A stretch of 64,000 nt of DNA from a bacterium. Its GTDB lineage: Bacteria; Electryoneota; Electryoneia; Electryoneales; Electryoneaceae. Shown piece after piece: positions 40,064 through 50,450 of the stretch (its first letter is position 1; every line of letters starts with the position of its first letter). A program made the position numbers and the translations under genes. Location of the stretch: positions 2,048,001 through 2,112,000 of the forward strand of contig OY769902.1 in NCBI GenBank assembly GCA_963669175.1, read 5' to 3'. The notes under the pieces were generated by a model that made no database searches, was not told the DNA's origin, and saw only the letters and a program-made list of their open reading frames with translations.

Positions 40064-42142
40064 ATGAGAATTGCAAAGACGTTTGTAGCGATAGCCGTGG
40101 TTATGGCGTTCATTCTGCCTGCCACGCTGACTGCCTATACCACGCCGGGCACAAGTGTGTACTGGACAGGCGATGACCTGGTGGAAAATTCGAACGGTGC
40201 AGTCACCTGGGATGAAGAGTCCGGACGATACCTGTTCACTGAAGAAGTAACGATTGCAGAGACCGATACAATCGTGATTGAGGAAGACTTGCAGTGTACC
40301 CACACGTCCAATCCTGCGATCACGATCGAGGGTTATTTTGTGATGGGGATACTGGATTCAGCCCAGGTCGATTCACTCGAGTTTATCGGCCCCGATGAGG
40401 AACTGGCAAGCGGCTTCCGTATTGAGGAAACCGGCTACCTGGAGCTGAACCGGGTGATCGCGGATGGCGGTGGTTATGATGGGGAAATCCCGGGCCATTC
40501 CATGGTGCATGTTGTGGATGGTTCCGCCACTGTGACCGGATGCCGATTCACCAACTGGGACCGTTATGTCATGTCCCTGTCGGGTGGGTTTACCAGTGTT
40601 GAGAACTGCATGTTCCACGATAATCACCAATGGACAATCAACATCAACATGAGTGCAGAAGTTGAAATCTCCGGATGTACCCTGATAGACAACAACCTGG
40701 AAGCCAGCAGCGCGAAAAACCCGATTTCCATTGGAACACAAGGATATAACACAGTTAGCATCGAAAATTGTTATATCAGTGGTGAAGAGGGCAACCTGCA
40801 TGGCGGCGTGTCGGTCTGGAACTACCTCGGTTCCGGTGCGGATGTGGAAATCTCCAATGTGACCGTTGAAGGCGCGTCCTTCGGAGTGATTGCGCAGGGA
40901 TCAGGGGTGGAAGTACTGATCACGGATTGCCAGTTTATTGACAACAACATTCATCCCAACCCGATGCAGGGCGGTTCCGGGATAACGGTACAGCAGTTTG
41001 CGACTGTGACAGGCGCGCGCAACATCATCACCGGTAACCACTGGGGTATTACCGTTCTCACCAATGCTACAGTCATGCTTGGCGATGTTGACGCGGAAGA
41101 CCCGGACGAACAGGGCTACAACCAGATTTACGACAACGGCAACGGTGGAGAAGTGTACAACTTCTACAACAACACGTCCGGGGACATGCTGGCTCAGAAC
41201 AACTGGTGGGGGAGCATGGATTCGACCACAGTTGAAAATGGAATCTTCCATGACCCTGATAACGGCAGCCTGGGACTGGTAACCTATATGCCGCTGTGGG
41301 ATCCGGACGCGAATCTGCCGCCTGTTATTACTGAATCGGAACCGTGGTTCCATACCTTCAACTTCCACCCGGTTACGGATCAGGTTTTCACCATTACCGG
41401 AAATGATCCGGATGGCATTGACAGCACGCTGTTTTACCACTGGTTGGTCAATGGTGAATTGATGGGGACAACTTCAAGCTATACCCATACCTTTACCGAG
41501 CTGGGCGAGTTTGAGATCATTGGCGCTTTGATTGATGCGGAAGGTGACAGCGCTTACGTAACCTGGAACGCGACCGGAATCAACGCTGTTCCGGAATTCA
41601 CGCAATGGGCGCCCGAAGGTGAAGAATACACGACTTCGCAAGGAGTTCAGACACTTTTCCGGGTTCGTGCTTCAGATGAAGACGACGATTCGCTTAGCTT
41701 CAGTTTCTATCTGGATGATGAACTGGTCAGCGAAGATACGACGTATTCCTATGTAGGCGCAGATGATATCGGGGAACAGAGCCTGCGATGTATCGTGACC
41801 GATCCGTTTGGCGCTGCGGATACACTCAACTGGGTTATTTACATTGCCATCGGCGTTGATGCTTCCGAATCCGGTCTGCCCGAAACCTTCAACGTGGCAG
41901 CCTATCCCAATCCGTTCAACTCGTCACTTCATGTGCAAATGGCACTGCCTAACGCGGGATATGTGCATGCGGTGGTGTATGATATCACCGGCAGGCAGGT
42001 TGCGACGCTGGCCGATGGCGTGTTTGCAGCAGGATATCGTGAACTGAGCTGGAATGCGAATGGGCTGGCGTCGGGTGTGTATATCGTGCGGATGGAAGCA
42101 CAAGGCGAAACATGCATGATGAAGGTTATGCTTATTAAGTAA
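40064..42142 (+). CDS. Secreted right-handed beta-helix + Ig/PKD-like protein with T9SS-type CTD
   Basis: Signal peptide, parallel beta-helix repeats (I..C.F.DN), AQNNWWG, two Ig-like modules, AYPNPFNS...KVMLIK. Confidence 0.88.
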   Translation: MRIAKTFVAIAVVMAFILPATLTAYTTPGTSVYWTGDDLVENSNGAVTWDEESGRYLFTEEVTIAETDTIVIEEDLQCTHTSNPAITIEGYFVMGILDSAQVDSLEFIGPDEELASGFRIEETGYLELNRVIADGGGYDGEIPGHSMVHVVDGSATVTGCRFTNWDRYVMSLSGGFTSVENCMFHDNHQWTININMSAEVEISGCTLIDNNLEASSAKNPISIGTQGYNTVSIENCYISGEEGNLHGGVSVWNYLGSGADVEISNVTVEGASFGVIAQGSGVEVLITDCQFIDNNIHPNPMQGGSGITVQQFATVTGARNIITGNHWGITVLTNATVMLGDVDAEDPDEQGYNQIYDNGNGGEVYNFYNNTSGDMLAQNNWWGSMDSTTVENGIFHDPDNGSLGLVTYMPLWDPDANLPPVITESEPWFHTFNFHPVTDQVFTITGNDPDGIDSTLFYHWLVNGELMGTTSSYTHTFTELGEFEIIGALIDAEGDSAYVTWNATGINAVPEFTQWAPEGEEYTTSQGVQTLFRVRASDEDDDSLSFSFYLDDELVSEDTTYSYVGADDIGEQSLRCIVTDPFGAADTLNWVIYIAIGVDASESGLPETFNVAAYPNPFNSSLHVQMALPNAGYVHAVVYDITGRQVATLADGVFAAGYRELSWNANGLASGVYIVRMEAQGETCMMKVMLIK

Positions 42143-42309
42143 AAAAGGTAAAAAAGGTAAAGAAGATAAAGAAGGTATAGAAGGTATAGAAGGTATAGAA
42201 GCTGATATCCTTCATACATTGTTTACCTCATTCTTGTTGATTGGATTATACCCGACTGCCTGGCAGTCGGGTTTCTTCTTTCGGTCATCCCTATTCTGTC
42301 ATCCCCGGC
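41903..42309 (+). repeat. Direct repeat copy 1 (CTD coding sequence + 3' tail)
   Basis: 41903-42142 is identical to 45605-45844. After a 9-mer tract of different length, 42198-42309 is identical to 45875-45986. Confidence 0.95.
42251..42281 (+). terminator. Intrinsic terminator (duplicated at 45928-45958)
   Basis: CCCGACTGCCTGGCAGTCGGG followed by TTTCTTCTTT. Confidence 0.8.
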
Positions 42310-43394
42310 CTCCAACGGGGATCGCATGGATGAACGTGAACCGAACGCATGTCATCCCCGGCTCGAACGGGGATCGCATGGATGAACGTGAACCGAACGC
42401 ATGTCATCCCCGGCCCCGAACGGGGATCTCGAGGGTTACAGTGATCAATCTGGTTGTTTGTTTTACTACTGAAGGACTGGTTCTCTCTACTCAATTATAA
42501 TAGACCACCGCCGGACAGCCGCCTTCGCTTCGCTACAGACCGCTTCAAGCCGGCGGGGCCAAGTAAAACTCTTTCTCACTCATGTCATCCCCGTTCTATC
42601 ACCGCATCTATGTCATCCCCGGCTCGAACGGGGATCTCGAGGGTTACCATGTGTATCCTGGTCGTTAGTTTACCTACTGAAGGACAGATTCTCTCTACCC
42701 AATTATAATAGACCACCGCCGGACAGCCGCCTTCGCTTCGCTACAGACCGCTTCAAGCCGGCGGGGCCAAGTAAAACTCTTTCTCACTCATGTCATCCCC
42801 GTTCTATCACCGCATCTATGTCATCCCCGGCTCGAACGGGGATCTCGCGGATTACAGTGATCAATCTAGTTGTTTGTTTTACTACTGAAGGACTGATTCT
42901 TTTTAGTCAATTATAATAGACCACCGCCGGACAGCCGCCTTCGCTTCGCTACGGCCTGCTTCAAGCCGGCGGGGCCAAGTAAAACTCTTTCTCACTCATG
43001 TCATCCCCGTTCTATCACCGCATCTATGTCATCCCCGGCTCGAACGGGGATCTCGCGGATTACAGTGATCAATCTAGTTGTTTGTTTTACTACTGAAGGA
43101 CTGATTCTTTTTAGTCAATTATAATAGACCACCGCCGGACAGCCGCCTTCGCTTCGCTACGGCCTGCTTCAAGCCGGCGGGGCCAAGTAAAACTCTTTCT
43201 CACTCATGTCATCCCCGTTCTATCACCGCATCTATGTCATCCCCGGCTCGAACGGGGATCTCGAGGGTTACCATGTGTATCCTGGTCGTTAGTTTACCTA
43301 CTGAAGGACAGATTCTCTCTACCCAATTATAATAGACCACCGCCGGACAGCCGCCTTCGCTTCGCTACAGACCGCTTCAAGCCGGCGGGGCCAA
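42298..43394. repeat. Palindromic tandem array: 2 x ~52 bp, then ~5 x 208 bp
   Basis: GTCATCCCCGGC..GAACGGGGATC at 42298, 42351, 42403, 42612, 42820, 43028, 43236. TAGACCACCGCC hairpin at 42501, 42709, 42917, 43125, 43333. Confidence 0.97.
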
Positions 43395-43561
43395 TTGTGC
43401 AAACTCACCTTCTGGGAAACAAAGTATACATTTAAACACATGTACTATTGATTTCAGTTTATCCTGTTCCTACGTTAATCATGGCCACCAGAAACAAACC
43501 TTTTGTACCAGCATTCCCGCCTGAAGAATACTCTGTCCAGCAACCTGTTGGAAGGTTTCGT

Positions 43562-45844
43562 ATGGCGAACGCTATTCTGAAGACACGATTCAATACCTCT
43601 TTCCTCGTTTCGATTTGTATCACCGTTGTTGTCTCCGTGCTGCCGTGGTCGGTTCGAGCAGACCTGCGATATCTGGGCCCGGAAAACGCGAATGTGACCG
43701 AGATTGCTTGCAGTCCTGTAGATTCCAATCTTGTTTTTCTCGGCACAAAATATGGTGGGATATACCGCAGCCTGGATGCCGGGCAAACCTGGGAATCAAT
43801 GAATGAAACGTATCCCGCACGTTTTGACAGCACCACCGAATGGGATGATGCCTGGGGAGGAGTTTTTATTCCAATCACCGTAATCAGGACGCATCCCTCG
43901 GATGCGTCGATTGTCTATGTCGGTGGTGGGGATGATGGCAACAGTTTCCTTGCAATGAGCGCCGATACCGGACGGACCTGGCAGACCATTGGCGAAGAGA
44001 TCCCGCCCTGCGAATGTATTACTGACCTTTGGATTCATCCCGAACATCCGGACACCATGTTCACCTGTACACAGTATCCCGGTGGGCTATTCAAGAGTAT
44101 CAACGGTGGCATGGACTGGCAACTGGATACAACAATGGTTCATAATGACCATTACATCTTCGAATGTATAAGCAGCAATGAAACAGAACCGGATGTGCTT
44201 TATGTGGGATTCGGAAGTGATGGTTGTGTACCGTATCCACATTGGGGCGTTTTTAGAACATTGGACTGTGGACAATCCTGGGAACTGGTTCAGGATTTTT
44301 ATGATACTTCGCATCGTGTTAGAAATGTTATTGTTGATCGAAATGATAGCCACCATGCATGGATCGTTTATTGGGGATTTGAATATTATGGAATACCTTT
44401 GGAAACCTTTGATGCAGGATCAACATGGGCATACGGGCAGTGGGGAATAGGTCAAATCAACAATGCATATATTAACTCTTTTAACCGCATCACACTCTAT
44501 TCGGAAGAAGGTCTGCTAATCAGTGACGATCTTGGAGAAAATTGGACTGGGATAGGAACCGACCTGCCGTGGGTTTTTGGACAATCTGCTCTTTGTACCA
44601 GCTGGCATAACCCGCAGCGATTGTATAGCGGTTCATACTTGGGACCGTTTATCAGCGTCGATGGAGGTGTATCAAGCGTCAGGTCTGTATCGGGACTGGA
44701 AAACGCTCGTATCAGCAGTGTGTCGCGTAGCGAGAGTGCGATAACCGTCGCCGGCGGCCAAAGCGGAATCTGGATTTCGCGAGCGGATTCTGCCTGGACG
44801 CATTGTTATACCAATGATATGATCAATCGTGTGCTGGTCGATAGTCAAAATCCGGATTTCATTTACGCGGCGACAAATTACAGTTTCCTGGTAAGCCAGG
44901 ATAGGGGAATGACATGGAATGCAAGCACCATTAATGGGCTAATCGGAATGACTTTCCTGTACGAATTGCCAATAGGAAATGACTCTACGGTTTTATTATG
45001 TGGTGGCGCACATAATGGAGGATACCTGGCAAGAAGTACGAATAACGGCTTCTCATGGTCTATGGTTAATGTCGGGGTGATAGGCCTGCCTACTCACATC
45101 GTCTCCGATCCAAACCATGAGGACCTGATTTATCTATCGCATCATGGCATTTCAAGGAGCTATGATAACGGAGAAACATGGGAGAGGTGTCGGGCATCCA
45201 CTCGGGTGTATGGTATGGATATCGACAGGAATAGCAAGCTCTACTTCTCCACAATACAAGGTTTGTTTTATACTCGTAACGAGGGACACAACTTCTACAA
45301 TGTTCCGATAGACCCAACCCTGCCAATCGAGCGCATCCTGGATATCGAGATTGTCGGTAGCGAAGAGGAGGATCTGATCTATATAGCAACGAATGACGGT
45401 ATCTATTACAGCGAAGATCGTTGTGCGTCATGGATCTATGTTGAGGGGACCCGTGAAATTAAACCCAACTCAATAGAATGGGACAGACAAAATGGTTGTT
45501 TCCTGATCGCTTCCAATAATCACGGTGTATGGGAGTTGGACCTGCGTACCAACCATGTGAATATTGACAGGAAACCAGCTTTACCAACGGCCAGCCTTGT
45601 CGGTTATCCCAATCCGTTCAACTCGTCACTTCATGTGCAAATGGCACTGCCTAACGCGGGATATGTGCATGCGGTGGTGTATGATATCACCGGCAGGCAG
45701 GTTGCGACGCTGGCCGATGGCGTGTTTGCAGCAGGATATCGTGAACTGAGCTGGAATGCGAATGGGCTGGCGTCGGGTGTGTATATCGTGCGGATGGAAG
45801 CACAAGGCGAAACATGCATGATGAAGGTTATGCTTATTAAGTAA
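43562..45844 (+). CDS. Secreted BNR/Asp-box beta-propeller protein with T9SS-type CTD identical to that of the upstream gene
   Basis: Signal peptide ending VRA-DL, SxDxGxTW repeats; the last 79 aa are identical to the 40064 protein. Start likely 43562. Confidence 0.88.
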   Translation: MANAILKTRFNTSFLVSICITVVVSVLPWSVRADLRYLGPENANVTEIACSPVDSNLVFLGTKYGGIYRSLDAGQTWESMNETYPARFDSTTEWDDAWGGVFIPITVIRTHPSDASIVYVGGGDDGNSFLAMSADTGRTWQTIGEEIPPCECITDLWIHPEHPDTMFTCTQYPGGLFKSINGGMDWQLDTTMVHNDHYIFECISSNETEPDVLYVGFGSDGCVPYPHWGVFRTLDCGQSWELVQDFYDTSHRVRNVIVDRNDSHHAWIVYWGFEYYGIPLETFDAGSTWAYGQWGIGQINNAYINSFNRITLYSEEGLLISDDLGENWTGIGTDLPWVFGQSALCTSWHNPQRLYSGSYLGPFISVDGGVSSVRSVSGLENARISSVSRSESAITVAGGQSGIWISRADSAWTHCYTNDMINRVLVDSQNPDFIYAATNYSFLVSQDRGMTWNASTINGLIGMTFLYELPIGNDSTVLLCGGAHNGGYLARSTNNGFSWSMVNVGVIGLPTHIVSDPNHEDLIYLSHHGISRSYDNGETWERCRASTRVYGMDIDRNSKLYFSTIQGLFYTRNEGHNFYNVPIDPTLPIERILDIEIVGSEEEDLIYIATNDGIYYSEDRCASWIYVEGTREIKPNSIEWDRQNGCFLIASNNHGVWELDLRTNHVNIDRKPALPTASLVGYPNPFNSSLHVQMALPNAGYVHAVVYDITGRQVATLADGVFAAGYRELSWNANGLASGVYIVRMEAQGETCMMKVMLIK

Positions 45845-46180
45845 AAAAAGGTAAAAAAAGGTAAAGAAGGTAAAGAAGCTGATATCCTTCATACATTGTT
45901 TACCTCATTCTTGTTGATTGGATTATACCCGACTGCCTGGCAGTCGGGTTTCTTCTTTCGGTCATCCCTATTCTGTCATCCCCGGCTCGAACGGGGATCT
46001 CGAGGGTTACCATGTGTATCCTGGTCGTTAGTTTACCTACTGAAGGACAAATTCTTTTTACTCAATTATAATAGACCACCGCCGGACAGCCGCCTTCGCT
46101 TCGCTACAGACCGCTTCAAGCCGGCGGGGCCAAGTAAAACTCTATCTCACGCATGTCATCCCCGGCCCCGAACGGGGATC
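45605..46180 (+). repeat. Direct repeat copy 2 (CTD + tail + one array unit)
   Basis: See 41903-42309. A single array unit follows at 45975-46180. Confidence 0.95.
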
Positions 46181-46248
46181 GCGAGATTCGTGAAAGCAGG
46201 TTTCAGCGCTATTACATATTCCAAATACTTTTCCCGATACTTATACCA

Positions 46249-46284
46249 AAAACATCCCCCGGAAACACTGGTTTCCGGGGGATG
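46249..46284. terminator. Hairpin between convergent genes
   Basis: CATCCCCCGGAAAC-ACTG-GTTTCCGGGGGATG with a T-run on the minus strand. Confidence 0.75.
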
Positions 46285-46310
46285 ATAGTGTGTAGCGGGT
46301 AGCTACAATA

Positions 46311-46362
46311 TAGCGTGCAAAATCAACCAAGCATGCAAAATCAACCAAGCATGCAAAACCAA
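46311..46362. repeat. 18-bp tandem repeat (about three copies)
   Basis: GCATGCAAAATCAACCAA. Confidence 0.85.
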
Positions 46363-46363
46363 T

Positions 46364-49300
46364 CTAGCGTACCAAAGTCACCTTGTGTACGGCGTTCATC
46401 TTGCCGGGTACATACGCCTGGATGAAGTACAGGCCGCTGGACAGGTTGGTCGCGTTAAAGGTGAAGGAGTGATATCCCTGCGCAAAGCGTCCCTGTGCCA
46501 GCACACTGACCTGCTCACCGAGGATGTTGAATACACGCACGTCCAGGTCAGCCGCGTTGGGCAGGCCGACAACCGCAGTCATGGTCGGGTTGAATGGATT
46601 CGGATAGGCACGTGCGATACTGTATTCCGTGGGAACCTGTGAGAAGAGGTTCTCTTCAACGCCGACACCGTCCCATTCCACAGATGCGGTGTCAGAATTG
46701 GCGGACATACCCTCATCAAACGAGGCAACCACCCAATATTCGAAGGTTCCGGCTGCGATGCCAGTCAGGTCATCGGTGTATACTAGATTTTCCGTTTCCG
46801 TGAGGACTTCGCCATTACGGTAGAGGATGAATTCGATGAACTCGTCGGTTTCAGCGTCTGCGAAGGCCCAGGAAAGCTCGACCATCGGGCTGCCATTTTC
46901 ACGAGTAGCTGCCATTTCAGTTGGCGTTTCCAGAATGGGAGCATGGAAGTCTTCCGCCAGGGATGGGATAATCTGGACAGCATCACGGTACAGACTGATG
47001 GGGCCATAGAATACGATCCAGTCTTCCGCGGCAAAACCACTCAGATCCAGCCCGGCATCCTCGTTGATGTAAACCGTAACCGCTCCGGAACCGTCATCAA
47101 TGGACAAAGTGTAACTTTCCGTTCCCGGATCACCCTGCAATTCACCCATCACCATCGTCCAGGCGCCTTCCATTGCGGAAAGTGCTGCGATTTCAGCTGT
47201 TGTGCCGGTAATGGGCGCGGGAAGGTTGTTGCCTGAACTGAGCATCTCGACGGTGAAGTTCACGATTTCCGTTATGCCGTTGTACTCGGCAACCTGCCCG
47301 GTTACCTGAACTTCATCGCCACGGACCAGGTTGTTTTCCGGGTTCAGCGGTTCGGAATCATACAGCATGACACCGTAGCCGGACGCATCCTGGATGTAAC
47401 AGTCGAAACGGTCCGTGTGAATGGAGTTGGTCTGCAACGTGACAATACCGGTAATGGTTACCCAGGTATCAGTCTCAACCGTAGTCTGGACATTTTCGAT
47501 GGTATAGGTGCCAATTGGTGCAAGGGCAAATTCATAGGTTTCAGGGACATTTGCTTGGAATGTGATGTCGTTCAAGGCGTGAGGAACGTAGCCTTCAAGA
47601 GTGGCTGTCAGGTCGTATGTGCCGGGGAGAAAGTCCCTGAAGTAGTATGTTCCTGCTGCATCAGTTGTTGTGGTCAACGCATCGCCTTCATTCGGGGTCA
47701 AGGTTACAGTCACCCCTTCGAGCGGATCGGAATTTGTCGCAGTGACAGTACCTCTAAGGTTGGCAATATTCGGAACAAGAGTGATCTCTTGCGCTACAAC
47801 ATCACCAGCCGCCAAAGTGAAGTTCTCAACGGTTCCGGTAACGTACCCATCAAGTATTGCTTCCAGGTTATATGAGCTGGGCGCAAGCATTGCGAATTCG
47901 AAGTTGCCGGACGCATCCGTTGTCGTGTTTAACGCATCGCCTGTTTCCGGAGTCAAGATCAGTGAAACTCCCTCGAGCGGATTGTCATCCGGATCAGTAA
48001 CAGTACCGCTGAGGTTAGCGACACTCGGTGAAAGGGTGATGTTCTGGACAGCAAAATCGTTTGCTTCAAAAGAAAGGTCTTCTACTGTATTGGCGAAGTA
48101 CCCCTCAAGCGTGGCTTCCAGATCGTACGTGCCGGGTTCAAGTTCTGCAAATACGTAGTGCCCGGATGCGTCGGAAGTCGCTGTGATGGCATCACCTTCA
48201 TCAGGCGTTAATGTCAGGGTAGCGCCCTCGAGCGGATTGGAATTCGCATCTGTGACCGTACCTCGCAGGTTGGCTGTGGTCCGGTCCAGGTAAACACGTG
48301 CCGAGACCTGGCCTCTGCCAATGGGGTTGTTGTCATCAGGCCCGTAATAGAACTGAACACCCACGGTACCATTTTCATCCTCGAATCCGATAGAGACGTT
48401 CATGTCTTCATCTTCATCTGCGGCAATCGTGTTGTAGTTGGCTGTTACATCCAATGTGGTGAAGTCGAAGATGGCCTGGAACGTATTTGCGGCGTTCAAC
48501 TGATCATAGTAGACTACTTCATCCCATGTGACAACGAGATCGCCATCCACCACTTCAGCATAGATTGTGCCGCCATCGCTGGGATCCAGGTCCGTACCCA
48601 GCACCGAAATGTTCGCGTTCGGTTCTGTCGGGTAGGGCATCACGAAAGCATAGGGGGTTCCATCTATGTCGCCATCGGTGAAACAGAACCGTCCATTGGA
48701 AATCACATAAACAGAACTGTATTCTGTACCGTACCAGGTGAAGTTGCCCAGACCATAGTCGGCAAATGTCAGCAATTCGGAATCGTCATCATCGATGTTC
48801 AGTGCAGTCGCATTTTCAGACACTTCCTGCCAACTGTAGTCAACCTGTTCAAAGTAAATGCGTTTGTCATCCGGCCATGCTTCAAGCCCGAGATTCTGAG
48901 TGTTTTCACCTACAGAAAGCTCGATCTCTTCCGTGATCAAAAGGGTGTATTCAAAACGATTAACCTCAATCGTTCCAGATATGCCGGAATAGAGATCACG
49001 GAAACTGAAGTTGCCATCCCTGTCTGTGGTTGTCGTCATACCCTGGAATGTAACTGTAGCCCCTTCCAATGCGGCGCCGGTATGATCATCTGTAATCGTG
49101 CCGGAAAGAGAAGCATCCGGAACCGGCGGATCGATTTGGATCGCCAGTTCAGGGAAGGGATAGTTCGGTACGTCGTTTTGGAAAAGAATGGACAAGCCGC
49201 AAGATCTGTCTGAATTCTGGGTGCCGATAGAAGCGAGTGTAATATCCATATGGTTTTCAAAGGCGGCGTACTGCAGCAGAATCGTGCCATCCTCGAATAG

Positions 49301-49930
49301 GATTATCTGCACAGTGAAATAGCCATCCGTTTCGTACTCACAAAAGTCGATAGCGCTGATCACCAGGGCTGTCTGCTCGTTGATCGTGGTGGTCTCATAA
49401 TAGAACGTACCGCCATCGCTCGCATTCAGATCGTCCCAGAAATAGGAGATCATCGCGCCGCCGTATGCAGATGGCATTTGATAACCGGTTGCGCCAGGTG
49501 CAATACCGTCAAAGCTGATGTTACCATTTGGTTGGAACCAGAACTCATCGAATATGTCACCGTAATACGGGAAATTAAAGCCGATATCAAACGGCCCTTG
49601 CTGACCCTCATCGGTTACACCTGTGATCTGTGTACCGGTCTCACTGATATCGATCCAGTTGTAGGTCGGTCCACCTTCTTCCTGGCTGTCGATATAAGTG
49701 TAGCCACCGTCATCCGGACCGCCCTGTTCATCGAGTTCGTTCGATGCGGCTTCCGGCAGCATGTACAGCCGGTGGAATTCTGTTGCGAGTTGTTTTTCCT
49801 GCTGGGAGAGTGTTACACCATTAAACTGTTTGTGGTAGGCGGCTTTCATGTCCTCGTAACTTGCGCTATAGGCGAAGGATACCAAGATGAAAGCGGCGAA
49901 CAGAGAAATCCTCACTGCTCTTTGCATCAT
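46364..49930 (-). CDS. Large acidic secreted protein: carboxypeptidase-regulatory-like repeats, OB-fold-like and FN3-like domains, T9SS-type CTD
   Basis: Signal peptide from MMQRAV (49930), four L.GT(V/I)T....LEG.T..L repeats, GDEVQVTGQVAEYNGITEI, AYPNPFNP...KVTLVR. Confidence 0.88.
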   Translation of the reverse strand: MMQRAVRISLFAAFILVSFAYSASYEDMKAAYHKQFNGVTLSQQEKQLATEFHRLYMLPEAASNELDEQGGPDDGGYTYIDSQEEGGPTYNWIDISETGTQITGVTDEGQQGPFDIGFNFPYYGDIFDEFWFQPNGNISFDGIAPGATGYQMPSAYGGAMISYFWDDLNASDGGTFYYETTTINEQTALVISAIDFCEYETDGYFTVQIILFEDGTILLQYAAFENHMDITLASIGTQNSDRSCGLSILFQNDVPNYPFPELAIQIDPPVPDASLSGTITDDHTGAALEGATVTFQGMTTTTDRDGNFSFRDLYSGISGTIEVNRFEYTLLITEEIELSVGENTQNLGLEAWPDDKRIYFEQVDYSWQEVSENATALNIDDDDSELLTFADYGLGNFTWYGTEYSSVYVISNGRFCFTDGDIDGTPYAFVMPYPTEPNANISVLGTDLDPSDGGTIYAEVVDGDLVVTWDEVVYYDQLNAANTFQAIFDFTTLDVTANYNTIAADEDEDMNVSIGFEDENGTVGVQFYYGPDDNNPIGRGQVSARVYLDRTTANLRGTVTDANSNPLEGATLTLTPDEGDAITATSDASGHYVFAELEPGTYDLEATLEGYFANTVEDLSFEANDFAVQNITLSPSVANLSGTVTDPDDNPLEGVSLILTPETGDALNTTTDASGNFEFAMLAPSSYNLEAILDGYVTGTVENFTLAAGDVVAQEITLVPNIANLRGTVTATNSDPLEGVTVTLTPNEGDALTTTTDAAGTYYFRDFLPGTYDLTATLEGYVPHALNDITFQANVPETYEFALAPIGTYTIENVQTTVETDTWVTITGIVTLQTNSIHTDRFDCYIQDASGYGVMLYDSEPLNPENNLVRGDEVQVTGQVAEYNGITEIVNFTVEMLSSGNNLPAPITGTTAEIAALSAMEGAWTMVMGELQGDPGTESYTLSIDDGSGAVTVYINEDAGLDLSGFAAEDWIVFYGPISLYRDAVQIIPSLAEDFHAPILETPTEMAATRENGSPMVELSWAFADAETDEFIEFILYRNGEVLTETENLVYTDDLTGIAAGTFEYWVVASFDEGMSANSDTASVEWDGVGVEENLFSQVPTEYSIARAYPNPFNPTMTAVVGLPNAADLDVRVFNILGEQVSVLAQGRFAQGYHSFTFNATNLSSGLYFIQAYVPGKMNAVHKVTLVR

Positions 49931-50450
49931 GTGCTGCTCCTCTCGTCGTGACAACCGTTCTGTGCACACATAAGTATGTATGCGTTCAAATCAAAGAAAA
50001 CCGTGCTTACTATCCTGCTTCGAAATGCGGCAGTAGTCTCCTTTCCCTGTTTGGGTGTGCGACGACAGAATGTTGCGATATAGTCGCAGGATATAGCATA
50101 TCACCAAATCGCAACAAGCTCCTGGTCAAGAGAGTTGAACTACTCTGAACAATCCTTGAAATACTGGCAGGATCAGTAATTCGGCAGATCCGATAACTTC
50201 TGTTTGTCGAATTAAGATGTCAGAGTGATATATAAACTACCATAGCAGTACTTGGTAGTCAATTTTAAAGGTACATAAATAATCTTTTTTCAATGTGTAT
50301 CGTATCCCAGGAGATTGTTAAGCCAACACTGGGAAGAGTTGCATATCTTCCTTCTGATAGCTATGTTACAAATGGCCACCAGCAAGAATCATTGTAAGCA
50401 TCCCCGCCAGAAGGGCTCTGTTCTCTATCTACCTGCTCACAGGCGCTGCG

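Noticed and set aside
42298-43394. CRISPR array
   Set aside because: The period is 208 bp, the inter-repeat segments recur and are homologous rather than unique spacers, and there are no cas genes in the window.
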